From Candidatus Falkowbacteria bacterium (GTDB taxonomy: Bacteria > Patescibacteriota > Patescibacteriia > JAACEG01), in contig JABIDK010000002.1 of the NCBI GenBank assembly GCA_018651725.1, positions 36,904 through 100,903 on the forward strand: a stretch of DNA of 64,000 bases, read 5' to 3'. The notes beneath the pieces are model-generated. The model worked only from the letters and a program-made list of their open reading frames with translations. It searched no databases and was not told the DNA's origin. Below, in pieces: positions 38,816-49,205 of this stretch. The position numbers and the translations under genes are program-made. Each line of letters begins with the position of its first letter. Positions within the stretch are counted from its first letter, which is position 1.

Positions 38816-39652
38816 TTATATTTTTTTATAATACTCTTTTCTTGGGTTTTTGTCAACGAGGTGTTTTAGTTTGTACTTTATGGCATCTTTGAAATGTTGC
38901 CTTAAAACTTTACTTTGAAAAAATTTCATTCCTCCACCAACACTAAGCCTTTCTCCGTCGGCTCGCACAACAGCTTTTGGAAAATATACAACCCTATATT
39001 TATTTTTCCAAGACAAAAAACACAACTCAACATCAGCCATAAACAAAAAATATTTTTCATTAAAGCCACTAAGCTTGTCCCATAACTTTTTTCTAACAAC
39101 AATAAAAGAAGACTGTAGCCAATCAACATCTTGTATTTTCTCATAATCAAGATGCTGCATCTCATCATATTTTACTTTATTCTTTAAAACCCATAAATAG
39201 CGAAAAAAAGTACGCCGCGCTATTTGCAAATATAGCTTTGAAAAAGCTCTGACTGTCATTGCGGTCTTGTTGGTATTATCATTAATTTGTTTTGGACCAA
39301 GTATGCCAATATTTTTATTTTCATCCATATAATTTATTATTTTTTGTAAACTATTTTCGTCATCACAAACAATATCAGGGTTTACAATAAACAAATATTT
39401 GCTATCTGTTTTACGGGCAATATCATTATAAGCCTTTGAGTAACCTTTATTTTTTTTATTTATTATTACTTCAACATTAGATAAATTTTTCAGCTCTTCC
39501 AGTATTTTTGCATTACCCTCATCACAAGAATTATCAACCACAATTATCTCAAAACTAAAATCAGTCTTTTGCTTCAAAAAAGATAAAACATTTTCCTTAA
39601 CTCTTTTAGCCTTAAAATAATCAAGAATAATAATTGTTGCTTTATTTTGCAT
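38816..39652 (-). CDS. Glycosyltransferase family 2 (rhamnosyltransferase-like)
   Basis: VVDNS, VNPD and FLFMADVE motifs. Confidence 0.88.
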   Translation of the reverse strand: MQNKATIIILDYFKAKRVKENVLSFLKQKTDFSFEIIVVDNSCDEGNAKILEELKNLSNVEVIINKKNKGYSKAYNDIARKTDSKYLFIVNPDIVCDDENSLQKIINYMDENKNIGILGPKQINDNTNKTAMTVRAFSKLYLQIARRTFFRYLWVLKNKVKYDEMQHLDYEKIQDVDWLQSSFIVVRKKLWDKLSGFNEKYFLFMADVELCFLSWKNKYRVVYFPKAVVRADGERLSVGGGMKFFQSKVLRQHFKDAIKYKLKHLVDKNPRKEYYKKI

Positions 39653-40706
39653 ATATTTTTTTAACCACTCTTAAATAAATATTAAACATCGGATTAGCGA
39701 TGTATTTTAATACTGGATTATCGATTTCTTGGAACAATACCCTGCCCTCAAAATTTTTAATAATTTCTTTATCTTTGACTCTTCTAATTTTATTTATTTG
39801 CTTCCGTTTTTTAAAAATTTTCTGCCAAGAAGACGGCTTTAAAAAATAAATATTTGCTTTTAATTTTATCTTGAACCAACCATTAACAATTGAATAAAAA
39901 ATCATTCCCAACTCCATCGCCAGAATGGCCGGTAAAAAAAGTAAAAGAGTTAACAAAGAATAATAATGTAACATCACCAGGTATCGATTTCGCTCCATAT
40001 AATAAAGCATTCTGACGCTGCGACTAAATTCATACTTATGATACATGATAGACTTTGGAGCTAAAACAATTTTATAGCCGGCTAATTTTGCTCGCCATCC
40101 CATCTCAATGTCGTCGTGATACATATAATACTCTTCATCGTAAAATCCAATTTTATCTATTACATCTTTTCGAGTTATAAAACTACATCCACTTGCATAG
40201 CCTTTAATTTCTGGTAAACCATTCATATCTTTATCTTGCTTGCCATAACTATCGGTAAAGCCAAAGCCTAAAAAATGCATAACATTTCCTAAGCTATTTA
40301 TTTTTGGACTATTCCACTCATCTTTATTTTTCGGATACAAAAGCATTTTAGACTGAGCCATTCCTATTTTAGAATTATTTTTAATTGCACCCACTAATTC
40401 TTTTAACCAATCTTTTTGAAACTTAGTATCCATATTAGCCACAACAAAATACTCACAACCATCTTCTATGGCTTTTTTAATCCCTGCATTATTAGCAGCA
40501 GCATAATTACCATTGTCTCGTGGAATAATAATCGTTTCTGGATAAATTTCTTTTAAATAATTTTGAGATTCTTGACTTGACGCATTATCAACAATATAAA
40601 CCATAAAATCAGAATAACCTTGCTCACGCAAACTATCCCGACACTCCTTTAAAAATTTCTTAGCGTAATCTTTATAGTTAATCAAAATTATCCCTGTTTT
40701 TTTCAT
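39642..40706 (-). CDS. Glycosyltransferase family 2
   Basis: VDNAS, ANMD and YMYHDDIE motifs. Confidence 0.88.
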   Translation of the reverse strand: MKKTGIILINYKDYAKKFLKECRDSLREQGYSDFMVYIVDNASSQESQNYLKEIYPETIIIPRDNGNYAAANNAGIKKAIEDGCEYFVVANMDTKFQKDWLKELVGAIKNNSKIGMAQSKMLLYPKNKDEWNSPKINSLGNVMHFLGFGFTDSYGKQDKDMNGLPEIKGYASGCSFITRKDVIDKIGFYDEEYYMYHDDIEMGWRAKLAGYKIVLAPKSIMYHKYEFSRSVRMLYYMERNRYLVMLHYYSLLTLLLFLPAILAMELGMIFYSIVNGWFKIKLKANIYFLKPSSWQKIFKKRKQINKIRRVKDKEIIKNFEGRVLFQEIDNPVLKYIANPMFNIYLRVVKKIYAK

Positions 40707-40772
40707 ACTTGCAAGAATATTAATAAACCTGTAATCTAATTATAACAACACTATTTATAATACACAACTACT

Positions 40773-41096
40773 ATGATAGCATTTGAAGATTTTCAAAAAC
40801 TGGACATTAGAATTGGAAAAATAATTTCCGTTGAAAAAGTCCCAGAAACCGACAAGCTAGTAAAATTAATTTTTGACATTGGATCAAAAGAACTACAAAT
40901 CATCGCCGGCATCGCCGAGCACTTTGAAGATCTAGACGAACTAATAGGTAAACAAATGCCTTTGATAATAAACTTAGAACCAAGAAAAATGCGCGGCCTA
41001 GAAAGTCAAGGAATGATCCTGGCCATAGACGACAACGACGGCATGGTATTACTACAACCAGAAAAAGAAGTTAAGTCGGGCAGTAAGGTTCGGTAA
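40773..41096 (+). CDS. Stand-alone tRNA-binding OB-fold protein (MetRS C-terminal/Trbp111/CsaA family)
   Basis: DFQKLDIRIGKI and NLEPRKMRGLESQGMILA motifs. Confidence 0.92.
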   Translation: MIAFEDFQKLDIRIGKIISVEKVPETDKLVKLIFDIGSKELQIIAGIAEHFEDLDELIGKQMPLIINLEPRKMRGLESQGMILAIDDNDGMVLLQPEKEVKSGSKVR

Positions 41097-41108
41097 TCAA
41101 CTTTAAAC

Positions 41109-41142
41109 AAAAAAGTTCGACACTATGGTCGAACTTTTTTTA
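41109..41142. terminator. Bidirectional terminator
   Basis: AAAAAAGTTCGAC-actatg-GTCGAACTTTTTT. Confidence 0.85.
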
Positions 41143-41970
41143 TTTCTTAATTTTTGATATTAATATCCCGATTGGCCAGGTTATTTTTAAAATGTAATAC
41201 TGCCAAGCTGGGTGCCATTTTTTGAAATATTTTAGCATTGAATCTCTGAAATATTTTTGCGTTGTTGTTCTTTTGACCTGGGAGAAACTTTTGCCGGTGT
41301 GGTTAATGCATCTTACTTCAGGATTGTACATAATCTTAAAACCGGCTTTTTTAACTTGTTTGCAATAATCAACTTCTTCAAACCAAAGAAAATATTGTTC
41401 ATCCATTTCGCCTACTTTTTCAATTACCTCTCGTTTAATCATAAAAAATGCTCCGCGGATAGAATCAACTTCCGTTTCCTTATCGTAATCAAAATCTTTC
41501 ATTAAATATTTATTTAATACAAAAGGAAACAAATGCGGGACCTTTAGAATAATCATTAACTGATCAAAAAATGTTGGAAATCTTCTGACGTGTGGAACTG
41601 TTTTCTTGTTCTCATCGATTAAACGACAGCCAACTACTCCGGCTTTTTTATCTTGCTTCATCCACTCAACCATTTTTTCGAGTGTTCCGGGCAAGACCTG
41701 CATATCAGGATTAAGTAATAAAACGAGTTTACCTTGAGATTTTTTAATTGCTTGATTGTTGGCCTTAGCAAACCCGGCGTTAAAGTTATTTTCAATTAAT
41801 CTAACTTGTTGAAAGTCTTTTTTTATCATCTCTGCGGTATTATCATGAGAATCATTATCAACTACAAAAACTTCAAAATCTACATTTTGAGTATTATCAT
41901 AAATCGCCTTTAAATTTTCTTTTAACAGTTCTTTAACATTCCAAGAAACTATTACAATTGATAAATCCAT
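41140..41970 (-). CDS. Glycosyltransferase family 2 (WbbL-like)
   Basis: LSIVIVSWN, LLNPD and FLWFEEVD motifs. Confidence 0.9.
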   Translation of the reverse strand: MDLSIVIVSWNVKELLKENLKAIYDNTQNVDFEVFVVDNDSHDNTAEMIKKDFQQVRLIENNFNAGFAKANNQAIKKSQGKLVLLLNPDMQVLPGTLEKMVEWMKQDKKAGVVGCRLIDENKKTVPHVRRFPTFFDQLMIILKVPHLFPFVLNKYLMKDFDYDKETEVDSIRGAFFMIKREVIEKVGEMDEQYFLWFEEVDYCKQVKKAGFKIMYNPEVRCINHTGKSFSQVKRTTTQKYFRDSMLKYFKKWHPAWQYYILKITWPIGILISKIKK

Positions 41971-41971
41971 G

Positions 41972-42922
41972 TTATTTATATTTTTTTATTTTCTTTCTTA
42001 TTTTCCAAAGTTTTGTTATTTCTTTTAATAAAAATCTTTCAAATAATAAGCTAAAAATTAATGCTTGAATTTCAAATAAAATAATTTTTATTTTGCTGTA
42101 AAAATTTTGTTGTTTCCAATATTTAACAAAAATAATTTGTTGATTTAAAAAAGACCATGCTCTTACTTTTTCACTTTTACTTTTTCGATCCTTAATAACT
42201 TTTAATTTTCCTTGGCCGCTAGATTCTGCTGTCCTATCGTGATAAACTTTTGCTTCGCAAACACACTTAGACTTAAATTCTTTTAAAAATAATCTATAAG
42301 CTAAATCAGCGTCTTCTTTGTACATAAACATTAACTCGTCAAAGTACTGGTCGTCTTGTTTTACTTTTTGCAGAGCACTCAACCGATACATCCCACAAGC
42401 TCCGGTTGGACCAATAATTTTTTTATTACAAAACTTCTCATTATCCTGTTCTCCCTGCCCTACATCAACAAATCTTAAACCAGATTCCATTCCAATTCCA
42501 CAACTATCAATTATATTTGTTTTTCGATTATTATTAAACTCCCATTTCAAAATCTTAGGCGATACAGATGTCAATTTATCATCACTACTTAAAACTTTAA
42601 TCATTTTTTCTAAAACATCCCTCTCCAAAGCAACATCCGGATTCACAACCATAAAATATTCAGCTCCCAAATCAATTGCCTTTTTAATCATCTTATTGTA
42701 AGCTTGCGCAAAACCAATATTTTCTCCTAGCCAATTTAAATTTATATCATTATGATTCTCTTGAACAAATTTTGTGTTCACATTTTCTTTTTCTTCACTA
42801 TTGTCAATTGCTAATGTTTCAAAATCTTGAAAAGTTTGTTTTTTTAGACTATCTAAAAAATACGGCAAATATTTAGCCGTAGATTCTCCATAAGTTATAA
42901 AACCGATAATTAACTTACTCAT
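41972..42922 (-). CDS. Glycosyltransferase family 2
   Basis: IDNS, VNPD and FMYKEDADL motifs. Confidence 0.88.
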   Translation of the reverse strand: MSKLIIGFITYGESTAKYLPYFLDSLKKQTFQDFETLAIDNSEEKENVNTKFVQENHNDINLNWLGENIGFAQAYNKMIKKAIDLGAEYFMVVNPDVALERDVLEKMIKVLSSDDKLTSVSPKILKWEFNNNRKTNIIDSCGIGMESGLRFVDVGQGEQDNEKFCNKKIIGPTGACGMYRLSALQKVKQDDQYFDELMFMYKEDADLAYRLFLKEFKSKCVCEAKVYHDRTAESSGQGKLKVIKDRKSKSEKVRAWSFLNQQIIFVKYWKQQNFYSKIKIILFEIQALIFSLLFERFLLKEITKLWKIRKKIKKYK

Positions 42923-43644
42923 ATAATTAATTTATCCTGTAATTTTTCCTTTGCTAAAATTTGTGCCTCCAAAAGACTGTCGAATGTTCCGGCATCAAGC
43001 CATTCTCCTTTAACCATTGCTACCTCAAGCTCTCCTAGACCTAAATAATAATTATGCAGGTCAGTAATTTCTATTTCTCCTCTTTTGCTTGGTTTAACTT
43101 TTTTAGCTGCTTCTATCACGCGATTATCATAAACATAAAGCCCGGTAATTGCATAATCAGAAATCCATTTTTCAGGTTTTTCCTCTATTTTTATAGCCTT
43201 GTTATCTTTATCAAATTGCACAACGCCAAAACGTTGCGGGTCAGATACTTTTTTAGCGAAAATTTTACCGCCTATTTTAAAACTTTTTATTTCTTCAGCT
43301 AAATTATCTTCAAAAATATTATCGCCTAGAATCATTGTCACATCGTCAGAGCCAATAAAATTTTCTCCAACTATAAAGGCATCAGATAATCCTCGTGGCT
43401 TGTCTTGAATTTCATAGGTAAATCTAACACCAAATTCACTTCCACTTCCAAGTAAATTCAAAAAGTCCCCTGCCCGCTCCGGAGCAACGATAATTAAAAT
43501 ATCTTTAATACCTGCTTGAATCAAAGTATTAAGTGGATAATAAATCATTGGCCGATTATAAACCGGCAAAAGTTGTTTACTGGTTACCTTAGTACAAGGA
43601 CGAAGACGTGTTGCACTTCCACCAGCTAAAATTATTCCCTTCAT
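42919..43644 (-). CDS. rmlA: Glucose-1-phosphate thymidylyltransferase (short form)
   Basis: GIILAGGSATRL, SKQLLPVY, EEKP, RGEIEITD and WLDAGT motifs. Confidence 0.93.
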   Translation of the reverse strand: MKGIILAGGSATRLRPCTKVTSKQLLPVYNRPMIYYPLNTLIQAGIKDILIIVAPERAGDFLNLLGSGSEFGVRFTYEIQDKPRGLSDAFIVGENFIGSDDVTMILGDNIFEDNLAEEIKSFKIGGKIFAKKVSDPQRFGVVQFDKDNKAIKIEEKPEKWISDYAITGLYVYDNRVIEAAKKVKPSKRGEIEITDLHNYYLGLGELEVAMVKGEWLDAGTFDSLLEAQILAKEKLQDKLII

Positions 43645-43656
43645 ACGAATAATAAT

Positions 43657-44511
43657 TTAAGTATTTAAATAATCAACTAATGCTTCTCTGTAATTTCTTA
43701 GTTGAACAAATTTTGTGTTCAGCAACGCTGAATACTTTGGCCTTCTGGCTGGACGAGGAAATTTATCACTGGAAACAGGGTTTATTTTAATATCTTTGTT
43801 TAAAATTTTAAACAACTCTTTAACAGCTTCGTACCATGTTACTTGCCCTTCATTAACTAAATGATAAATCCCATATTCTTGCTTACTTTCAAGTAATTCT
43901 TTAGTTGCTTTTGCTAAATCAGGCGTATAAGTAAAGCAACTCAATTCTTCGTCTACAACATCCAGTTTATCTTTGTCTTGACTAAGTTTAATCATTATAT
44001 CAAAAAAACTTGGTTTAGTTAATTCGCTTTTTCCTTTTGGGCCAAATAACTTTGAAGTTCTAATTATATAATAATCTTTTGCTTTTTCCTGAATCAGTTC
44101 TTCTCCCAGCAATTTGCTTTCCCCGTATTTATTTATCGGGCTTGGTATATCATTTTCTTGATAACCTTCTCTCTGCTGTCCACCAAAAATATAATCTGTT
44201 GAGTAATGAATAAAAATAGCGCTAATGTCTTTTGCAACTTCTGCTAAATATCCAGGCGCTAGTCCGTTAATTTTTTTAGCCAACTCAAACTCTTCTTCAC
44301 TTTCCTCACATCTATCAACTGCATTATAGGCAGCTGAATTAATTATAAAATTTGGTTTTACTTTTTTTATTTTTTCAAAAACCAATTCCTTATCAATCAC
44401 ATCAAAATCATCTCTGTCCCAAGCAATAACCTCATAATTTTCATCACTAAAAATTATTTTTAATTGCTCTCCTAAATTTCCTTTAGCTCCTAAAATTAAA
44501 ACTTTTTGCAT
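43657..44511 (-). CDS. rmlD: dTDP-4-dehydrorhamnose reductase
   Basis: GAKGNLG, STDYIF, YGESK and PARRPKYS motifs. Confidence 0.93.
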   Translation of the reverse strand: MQKVLILGAKGNLGEQLKIIFSDENYEVIAWDRDDFDVIDKELVFEKIKKVKPNFIINSAAYNAVDRCEESEEEFELAKKINGLAPGYLAEVAKDISAIFIHYSTDYIFGGQQREGYQENDIPSPINKYGESKLLGEELIQEKAKDYYIIRTSKLFGPKGKSELTKPSFFDIMIKLSQDKDKLDVVDEELSCFTYTPDLAKATKELLESKQEYGIYHLVNEGQVTWYEAVKELFKILNKDIKINPVSSDKFPRPARRPKYSALLNTKFVQLRNYREALVDYLNT

Positions 44512-44513
44512 AC

Positions 44514-45947
44514 TTAAAACTGTCCGCTATTAACTAAAAAGTGGACAAATATACTGGCGGCATAGCCAAGCGCGATAACCGGAGTCCATTTTAAATGACC
44601 AAAAAAAGTATAGTATTTTTTGGCTTGCCCCATAAGAGCAACACCGGCAGCTGAACCGATTGAAAGCAAACTTCCACCAACTCCGGCTGTTAAAGTAACA
44701 AGTAGCCACTGGCCTTGCGACATATCAGGCATCATACTTAAAACAGCAAACATAACCGGGATATTATCAACAATAGCAGACATTATTCCTACTGCAATAT
44801 TAGCATATGTTGCCCCCCAACCGTCGTAAACTAAATGCGAAGCCATAGACAAATAACCGATAAATCCAAGTCCGCCTACACATAAAATAATGCCGTAAAA
44901 AAACATCAAAGTATCCCACTCTGCTCGTGCAATTTTATCAAAAATATCAAAAGGAGCCACATCACCGATTCTTTCTTCTGCTTTTTCCGGGTCATAGTCT
45001 TCCGGTTTTTTATCTTTATGTGTCTTTTTCAAATAAAACCCAAAGAATTTTAAATAAGCTAGTCCAGTCATCATTCCTAACATTGGCGGTAAATGTAAAA
45101 AATTATGGAAACTAACTGCTGTAGCAATAGTTAAAATAAATAATCCAATAACAATTTTCGCTCCTCTTTTCATGTTTATAACTTCACCATCACTTGTTGG
45201 TTTGGTCTTGGAAACAAAGAAGCTCATAATTATTGCCGGGATAAGCCAATTTACAAGTGAGGGCAGAAACAGTCGAAAGAAATCTTGGAAAGCTACAATT
45301 CCTTTTTGCCAAACCATTAAAGTTGTAATGTCACCAAAAGGACTAAAGGCTCCTCCGGCATTAGCTGCGACTACGATATTAATACAAGCTAGACTAATAA
45401 ATTTTGGCTTTTCTTTCCCAAGAGCCAAAACAACAGCACACATTAAAAGAGCCGTAGTAAGATTATCGGCGATTGGTGAGATAACAAAAGCCAAGGCTCC
45501 TGTAATCCAAAAAAGTTTTCTGTATGAAACGCCCATCCCGACAAGTTTCGCTCGAAGAGATTCAAATACAAGACGCTCTTGCATAGCATTAATATAAGTC
45601 ATTGCAACCAAAAGAAATAAAAACAATTCAGCGTACTCTAAAACATTATGTCGGACCGCTGCTTCGGCTGCGTGCGTAAATCCATGTGAAGCATAAACCC
45701 AAGCAACTCCCGCCCAAATAAGTCCGGCGGCAAGTAAAACAGGTTTTGACTTACGCATATGCGTATATTCCTCTGCCATTACCAATAAATAAGCAATAAC
45801 AAAAACAACTAATGCCCCATAGCCAATCCAATGAGATGTTAAATCCAAATGCTCCCCCGTTACTCCGTCCGAAGCCAGGGCAACAAACGGAAGCAATAAA
45901 ATTCCCAACAACGAAAACACAAAAATACTTTTCAGCTTTTTCAACAT
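44514..45947 (-). CDS. nhaD: Na+/H+ antiporter NhaD
   Basis: RKSKPV, ADNLTTAL, GGAFSPFGDITT and GGSLLSIGSAAGV motifs. Confidence 0.92.
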   Translation of the reverse strand: MLKKLKSIFVFSLLGILLLPFVALASDGVTGEHLDLTSHWIGYGALVVFVIAYLLVMAEEYTHMRKSKPVLLAAGLIWAGVAWVYASHGFTHAAEAAVRHNVLEYAELFLFLLVAMTYINAMQERLVFESLRAKLVGMGVSYRKLFWITGALAFVISPIADNLTTALLMCAVVLALGKEKPKFISLACINIVVAANAGGAFSPFGDITTLMVWQKGIVAFQDFFRLFLPSLVNWLIPAIIMSFFVSKTKPTSDGEVINMKRGAKIVIGLFILTIATAVSFHNFLHLPPMLGMMTGLAYLKFFGFYLKKTHKDKKPEDYDPEKAEERIGDVAPFDIFDKIARAEWDTLMFFYGIILCVGGLGFIGYLSMASHLVYDGWGATYANIAVGIMSAIVDNIPVMFAVLSMMPDMSQGQWLLVTLTAGVGGSLLSIGSAAGVALMGQAKKYYTFFGHLKWTPVIALGYAASIFVHFLVNSGQF

Positions 45948-46071
45948 AAAAAACAGTCTATAAAGTTTACAAAATCATAAGCCTATAAAGTTATTAGACT
46001 TCTAATTTCATAAACTTTCTTAAGTTTACTTATTAAAAATATATTATTCAAAAATTTTAAAACTTAATCAT

Positions 46072-47127
46072 CTATTTTGATTTGCTCCAGTCAATTTGTA
46101 AATTATTTGAACGCTTTAAAATATCTCTCCACCATTTTTCATTATCCATATACCATCGTACTGTCTCTCTAATACCTTTATCAAAATTTATTGTTGGTTT
46201 AAAATTTAACTGTGTTTCGATTTTTTCAGGATTAATTAAATAACGACGATCGTGATTCGGTCTATCTGCAACAAACTCTACCCACTTATCAAAATCCAAA
46301 TTCATTTCTTCTAAAATTATTTTTACAATATCAATATTAGTTACTTCATTTCTGGCTGAAATATCATAAATAGGTAGCTTGGATGCTTGGGTCGCAGCAT
46401 CTTTTCCAAAGCTTGGTCTTTCTTTCATTTGTAAAATTAAATCAATTGCTAAACAATGGTCATAAACATGAAGCCAATCTCTTCTTTGTTTTCCATCTCC
46501 ATAAAGAGCGACTTTCTTTCCTTGTATTAAATTACTAACCGCAAGCGGAATAAGTTTTTCCGGAAATTGATAAGGACCATAATTATTTGCACAATGAGTT
46601 ATACAAATATCCATATCCTCGTATGTCTGCATATAAGCTCTAACCAGCAAATCTCCGGCCGCCTTAGCAGCAGAATAAGGAGTCTTAGCATTAAGAGGGC
46701 TATTTTCTGTAAAATATGGAGTATCCTTCCCTTGCTCTCCATATACTTCAATCGTTGAAATATGTATATGCCTTTTGACGTTAAACTGCCTAGATGCTTC
46801 AAGCAACTGCTGAGCTCCTAAAGCGTTAACTTTTGCAAAAATAGACGGGTCAATAATCGCTCGATCGTTATGACTTTCCGCCGCAAAATTAACTACATTA
46901 TCTATTTCATATTTTTTGTAAATCTCACTAATTTTCTCAAAATCAATTATATCAGCTTTTTCAAAAATAATTTTATTATCTTTTTCAAGACTAGAAATAT
47001 TCTCCATATTAGAATAGGGAGATAAATTGTCAAGAGCGATTACTTTATAGCTAGGGTATTTTTCCACGATAAAATGAGTAAAATTAGACCCAATAAAACC
47101 AGCGGCTCCCGTAATTAAAATTTTCAT
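46072..47127 (-). CDS. rmlB: dTDP-glucose 4,6-dehydratase
   Basis: GAAGFIG, FAAESHND, YSAAK, NNYGPYQFPEKLIP and DRPNHDRRY motifs. Confidence 0.88.
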   Translation of the reverse strand: MKILITGAAGFIGSNFTHFIVEKYPSYKVIALDNLSPYSNMENISSLEKDNKIIFEKADIIDFEKISEIYKKYEIDNVVNFAAESHNDRAIIDPSIFAKVNALGAQQLLEASRQFNVKRHIHISTIEVYGEQGKDTPYFTENSPLNAKTPYSAAKAAGDLLVRAYMQTYEDMDICITHCANNYGPYQFPEKLIPLAVSNLIQGKKVALYGDGKQRRDWLHVYDHCLAIDLILQMKERPSFGKDAATQASKLPIYDISARNEVTNIDIVKIILEEMNLDFDKWVEFVADRPNHDRRYLINPEKIETQLNFKPTINFDKGIRETVRWYMDNEKWWRDILKRSNNLQIDWSKSK

Positions 47128-47130
47128 AGA

Positions 47131-47571
47131 TTATTTTTTGTAATAAATATTTTCTAAAAATTCTTTTTGCTCTATTATTGTATTATCTGGAATCTTTTTA
47201 AAATACTTAAATTCATCGATTTTAGTTTTACTGTTTTTAATTTCTGCTATTATATCTACCTCATACGCAAGACCTATTGGAAAAGAAAAATAATTTTCAT
47301 CAGAAAAATTATATTCAATAATTCCAAGTAATTTTTTACTTCTAACCTCAAAATTTAATTCATTCTTGGCAACACGTTTTACAGAATCCTCTATTTTCTC
47401 GCCCATTAGAACAGTGCCACCAGGTATATGCCAGAGCCCTTTTCTGGGCGGTATAGTCCTCTTAACAAGTAATATGCCATTTTTTGTTTTGATAATAACT
47501 TCAACTGTCAATCTTGGAACACGACTATATATATTTTTAAATTCTTCAAATGGCAAATATTTAACATTCAT
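47131..47571 (-). CDS. NUDIX hydrolase (GDP-mannose mannosyl hydrolase-like)
   Basis: WHIPGG..GE......RVAKNEL variant Nudix box. Confidence 0.75.
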   Translation of the reverse strand: MNVKYLPFEEFKNIYSRVPRLTVEVIIKTKNGILLVKRTIPPRKGLWHIPGGTVLMGEKIEDSVKRVAKNELNFEVRSKKLLGIIEYNFSDENYFSFPIGLAYEVDIIAEIKNSKTKIDEFKYFKKIPDNTIIEQKEFLENIYYKK

Positions 47572-47966
47572 ATCTTTATTTTATTAACCGCTTTCTCTGC
47601 TTCGCCCTCATTATACTTTCCCTGCGACCAAAGTTTCAAGCCGTCCCCTTCTTCTCTTGGAATTATATGAAAGTGAAGATGAGGAACAATTTGTCCGGCA
47701 ACTTCTTTGTTATTTATATTGATATTATATCCTTTTACTCCTAAGCCTTCTTTTATTGATTTACCGATTCTTTTTACCACCCTTGCTAAATTACATAATT
47801 CTTCCTCTGAAATATCTTCCATATTTTCATAATGTTTTTTAGGTATTACTAAAGTATGCCCAACATTAACTGGGGCGATATCCAAAAACGCAAAAACATT
47901 ATCATCTTCATAAACTTTATAACTTGGGATCTCTCCGGCAATAATTTTACAAAAAATACAGTCCAT
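47568..47966 (-). CDS. hit: HIT-family hydrolase
   Basis: DCIFCKI, GHTLVIPK and HLHFHIIPR motifs. Confidence 0.95.
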   Translation of the reverse strand: MDCIFCKIIAGEIPSYKVYEDDNVFAFLDIAPVNVGHTLVIPKKHYENMEDISEEELCNLARVVKRIGKSIKEGLGVKGYNININNKEVAGQIVPHLHFHIIPREEGDGLKLWSQGKYNEGEAEKAVNKIKI

Positions 47967-47971
47967 AAATT

Positions 47972-48544
47972 TTACTCCCATTCGGGTTTAAACTTCTTTA
48001 TTAAAATTTTTGTAATAAAAGTTAGAGCAATAAATACACCAAACATTATAAACCATTCTATTATATATTCCGGGCAAAAGAAAAAATTTACAATTATTGC
48101 CAAAAGTAAAGAAATAAAGCAAGAAAACCAATAATCACTTGGCCAATTTCCAATCCATTTTCCATGCCAGAAAATATGGTCGCCCTTAAAATCTTTAATA
48201 GTAAAGAAAGGATTTACTACAAACCATAAATAATCCCAAACAACAACAAAAAGAAAAAATATAGCCCAAACCTTTAGCTCTTCAGCAAAACTCCAAGAAG
48301 CTCCGGAAAAAAACGGCAGATGAAAAATTAAAAATACGAAAGAAAACATAGATAGATGATAGCCGGTCATTTCCTTCCCACTCATAACTTTTTTATAAAA
48401 CTGTGAGTACCATTTATGTTCTTTTGGTCGCCAAGTTGGTAAGTTAACTGCCCACCCTTTTCCGCCTTCAATTTGCACCTCTAAAATAGCAAGCACTAAA
48501 GCCATCACAAAAATATAAATCGGTTTTGCGAATAAATATATCAT
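47972..48544 (-). CDS. Hypothetical membrane protein
   Basis: Multi-TM; EVQIEG..GWA..LPTW and DYLWFVVNP segments. Confidence 0.7.
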   Translation of the reverse strand: MIYLFAKPIYIFVMALVLAILEVQIEGGKGWAVNLPTWRPKEHKWYSQFYKKVMSGKEMTGYHLSMFSFVFLIFHLPFFSGASWSFAEELKVWAIFFLFVVVWDYLWFVVNPFFTIKDFKGDHIFWHGKWIGNWPSDYWFSCFISLLLAIIVNFFFCPEYIIEWFIMFGVFIALTFITKILIKKFKPEWE

Positions 48545-48990
48545 ATCTTGAAAGGTGAATCTTCTTTTTCCTCCCAGCGAATTTCGTCTACTTCTTCTTT
48601 TTTGTCTTTGCCGGCATATAATTTGTCAGGTAAATTAATACACCAACCGTCACAATTTGAAATACATTTATAACCATGGACTACTCCGGGTGGAACAACA
48701 ACGGAAATTAGATTTTTTTCTCCTCCGTTAATTTGCATTTCTTGTTTGTATGTTTTACTTGTCTTTCGATTATCCCACAAATACAATCTAAACTCTCCTG
48801 GGCCAATAAATACAAAAAGATCTGACTGACTGACATGTTCATGCGGACCACGAACAACTCCCGGATGAGTCATGCTAATATAATTCATTTTTAATCTAAA
48901 ATCAGTTTCATCATCACGAAAAATCTCAACAAGCCAACCGCGCTCATCTTTAAATTTTTTTAAATTTTTAATAATAACTCCCTCAATCAT
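48541..48990 (-). CDS. rmlC: dTDP-4-dehydrorhamnose 3,5-epimerase family protein
   Basis: DERGWL.E, RGPHEH and PPGVVHGY motifs. Confidence 0.88.
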   Translation of the reverse strand: MIEGVIIKNLKKFKDERGWLVEIFRDDETDFRLKMNYISMTHPGVVRGPHEHVSQSDLFVFIGPGEFRLYLWDNRKTSKTYKQEMQINGGEKNLISVVVPPGVVHGYKCISNCDGWCINLPDKLYAGKDKKEEVDEIRWEEKEDSPFKI

Positions 48991-49202
48991 ATATCAATTT
49001 TAGTGTTTAGATTATTTTTTAATACTACTATAATACCACTAACAATAACGACAATCAAGAGCGCGTTCATATTAACATAAGCTGTTACAAAACGTGGACG
49101 AATTATTTCAATAACAATAAAAATAAAAAAGCTTACAAGTGAAATATAAAAAACATCCTGTAAAATATCCAATGTAAATTTTTTAAATTCAGCATTTAAC
49201 AT
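48987..49202 (-). CDS. Small membrane protein
   Basis: Two TMs; operon context. Confidence 0.6.
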   Translation of the reverse strand: MLNAEFKKFTLDILQDVFYISLVSFFIFIVIEIIRPRFVTAYVNMNALLIVVIVSGIIVVLKNNLNTKIDI

Positions 49203-49205
49203 AAA

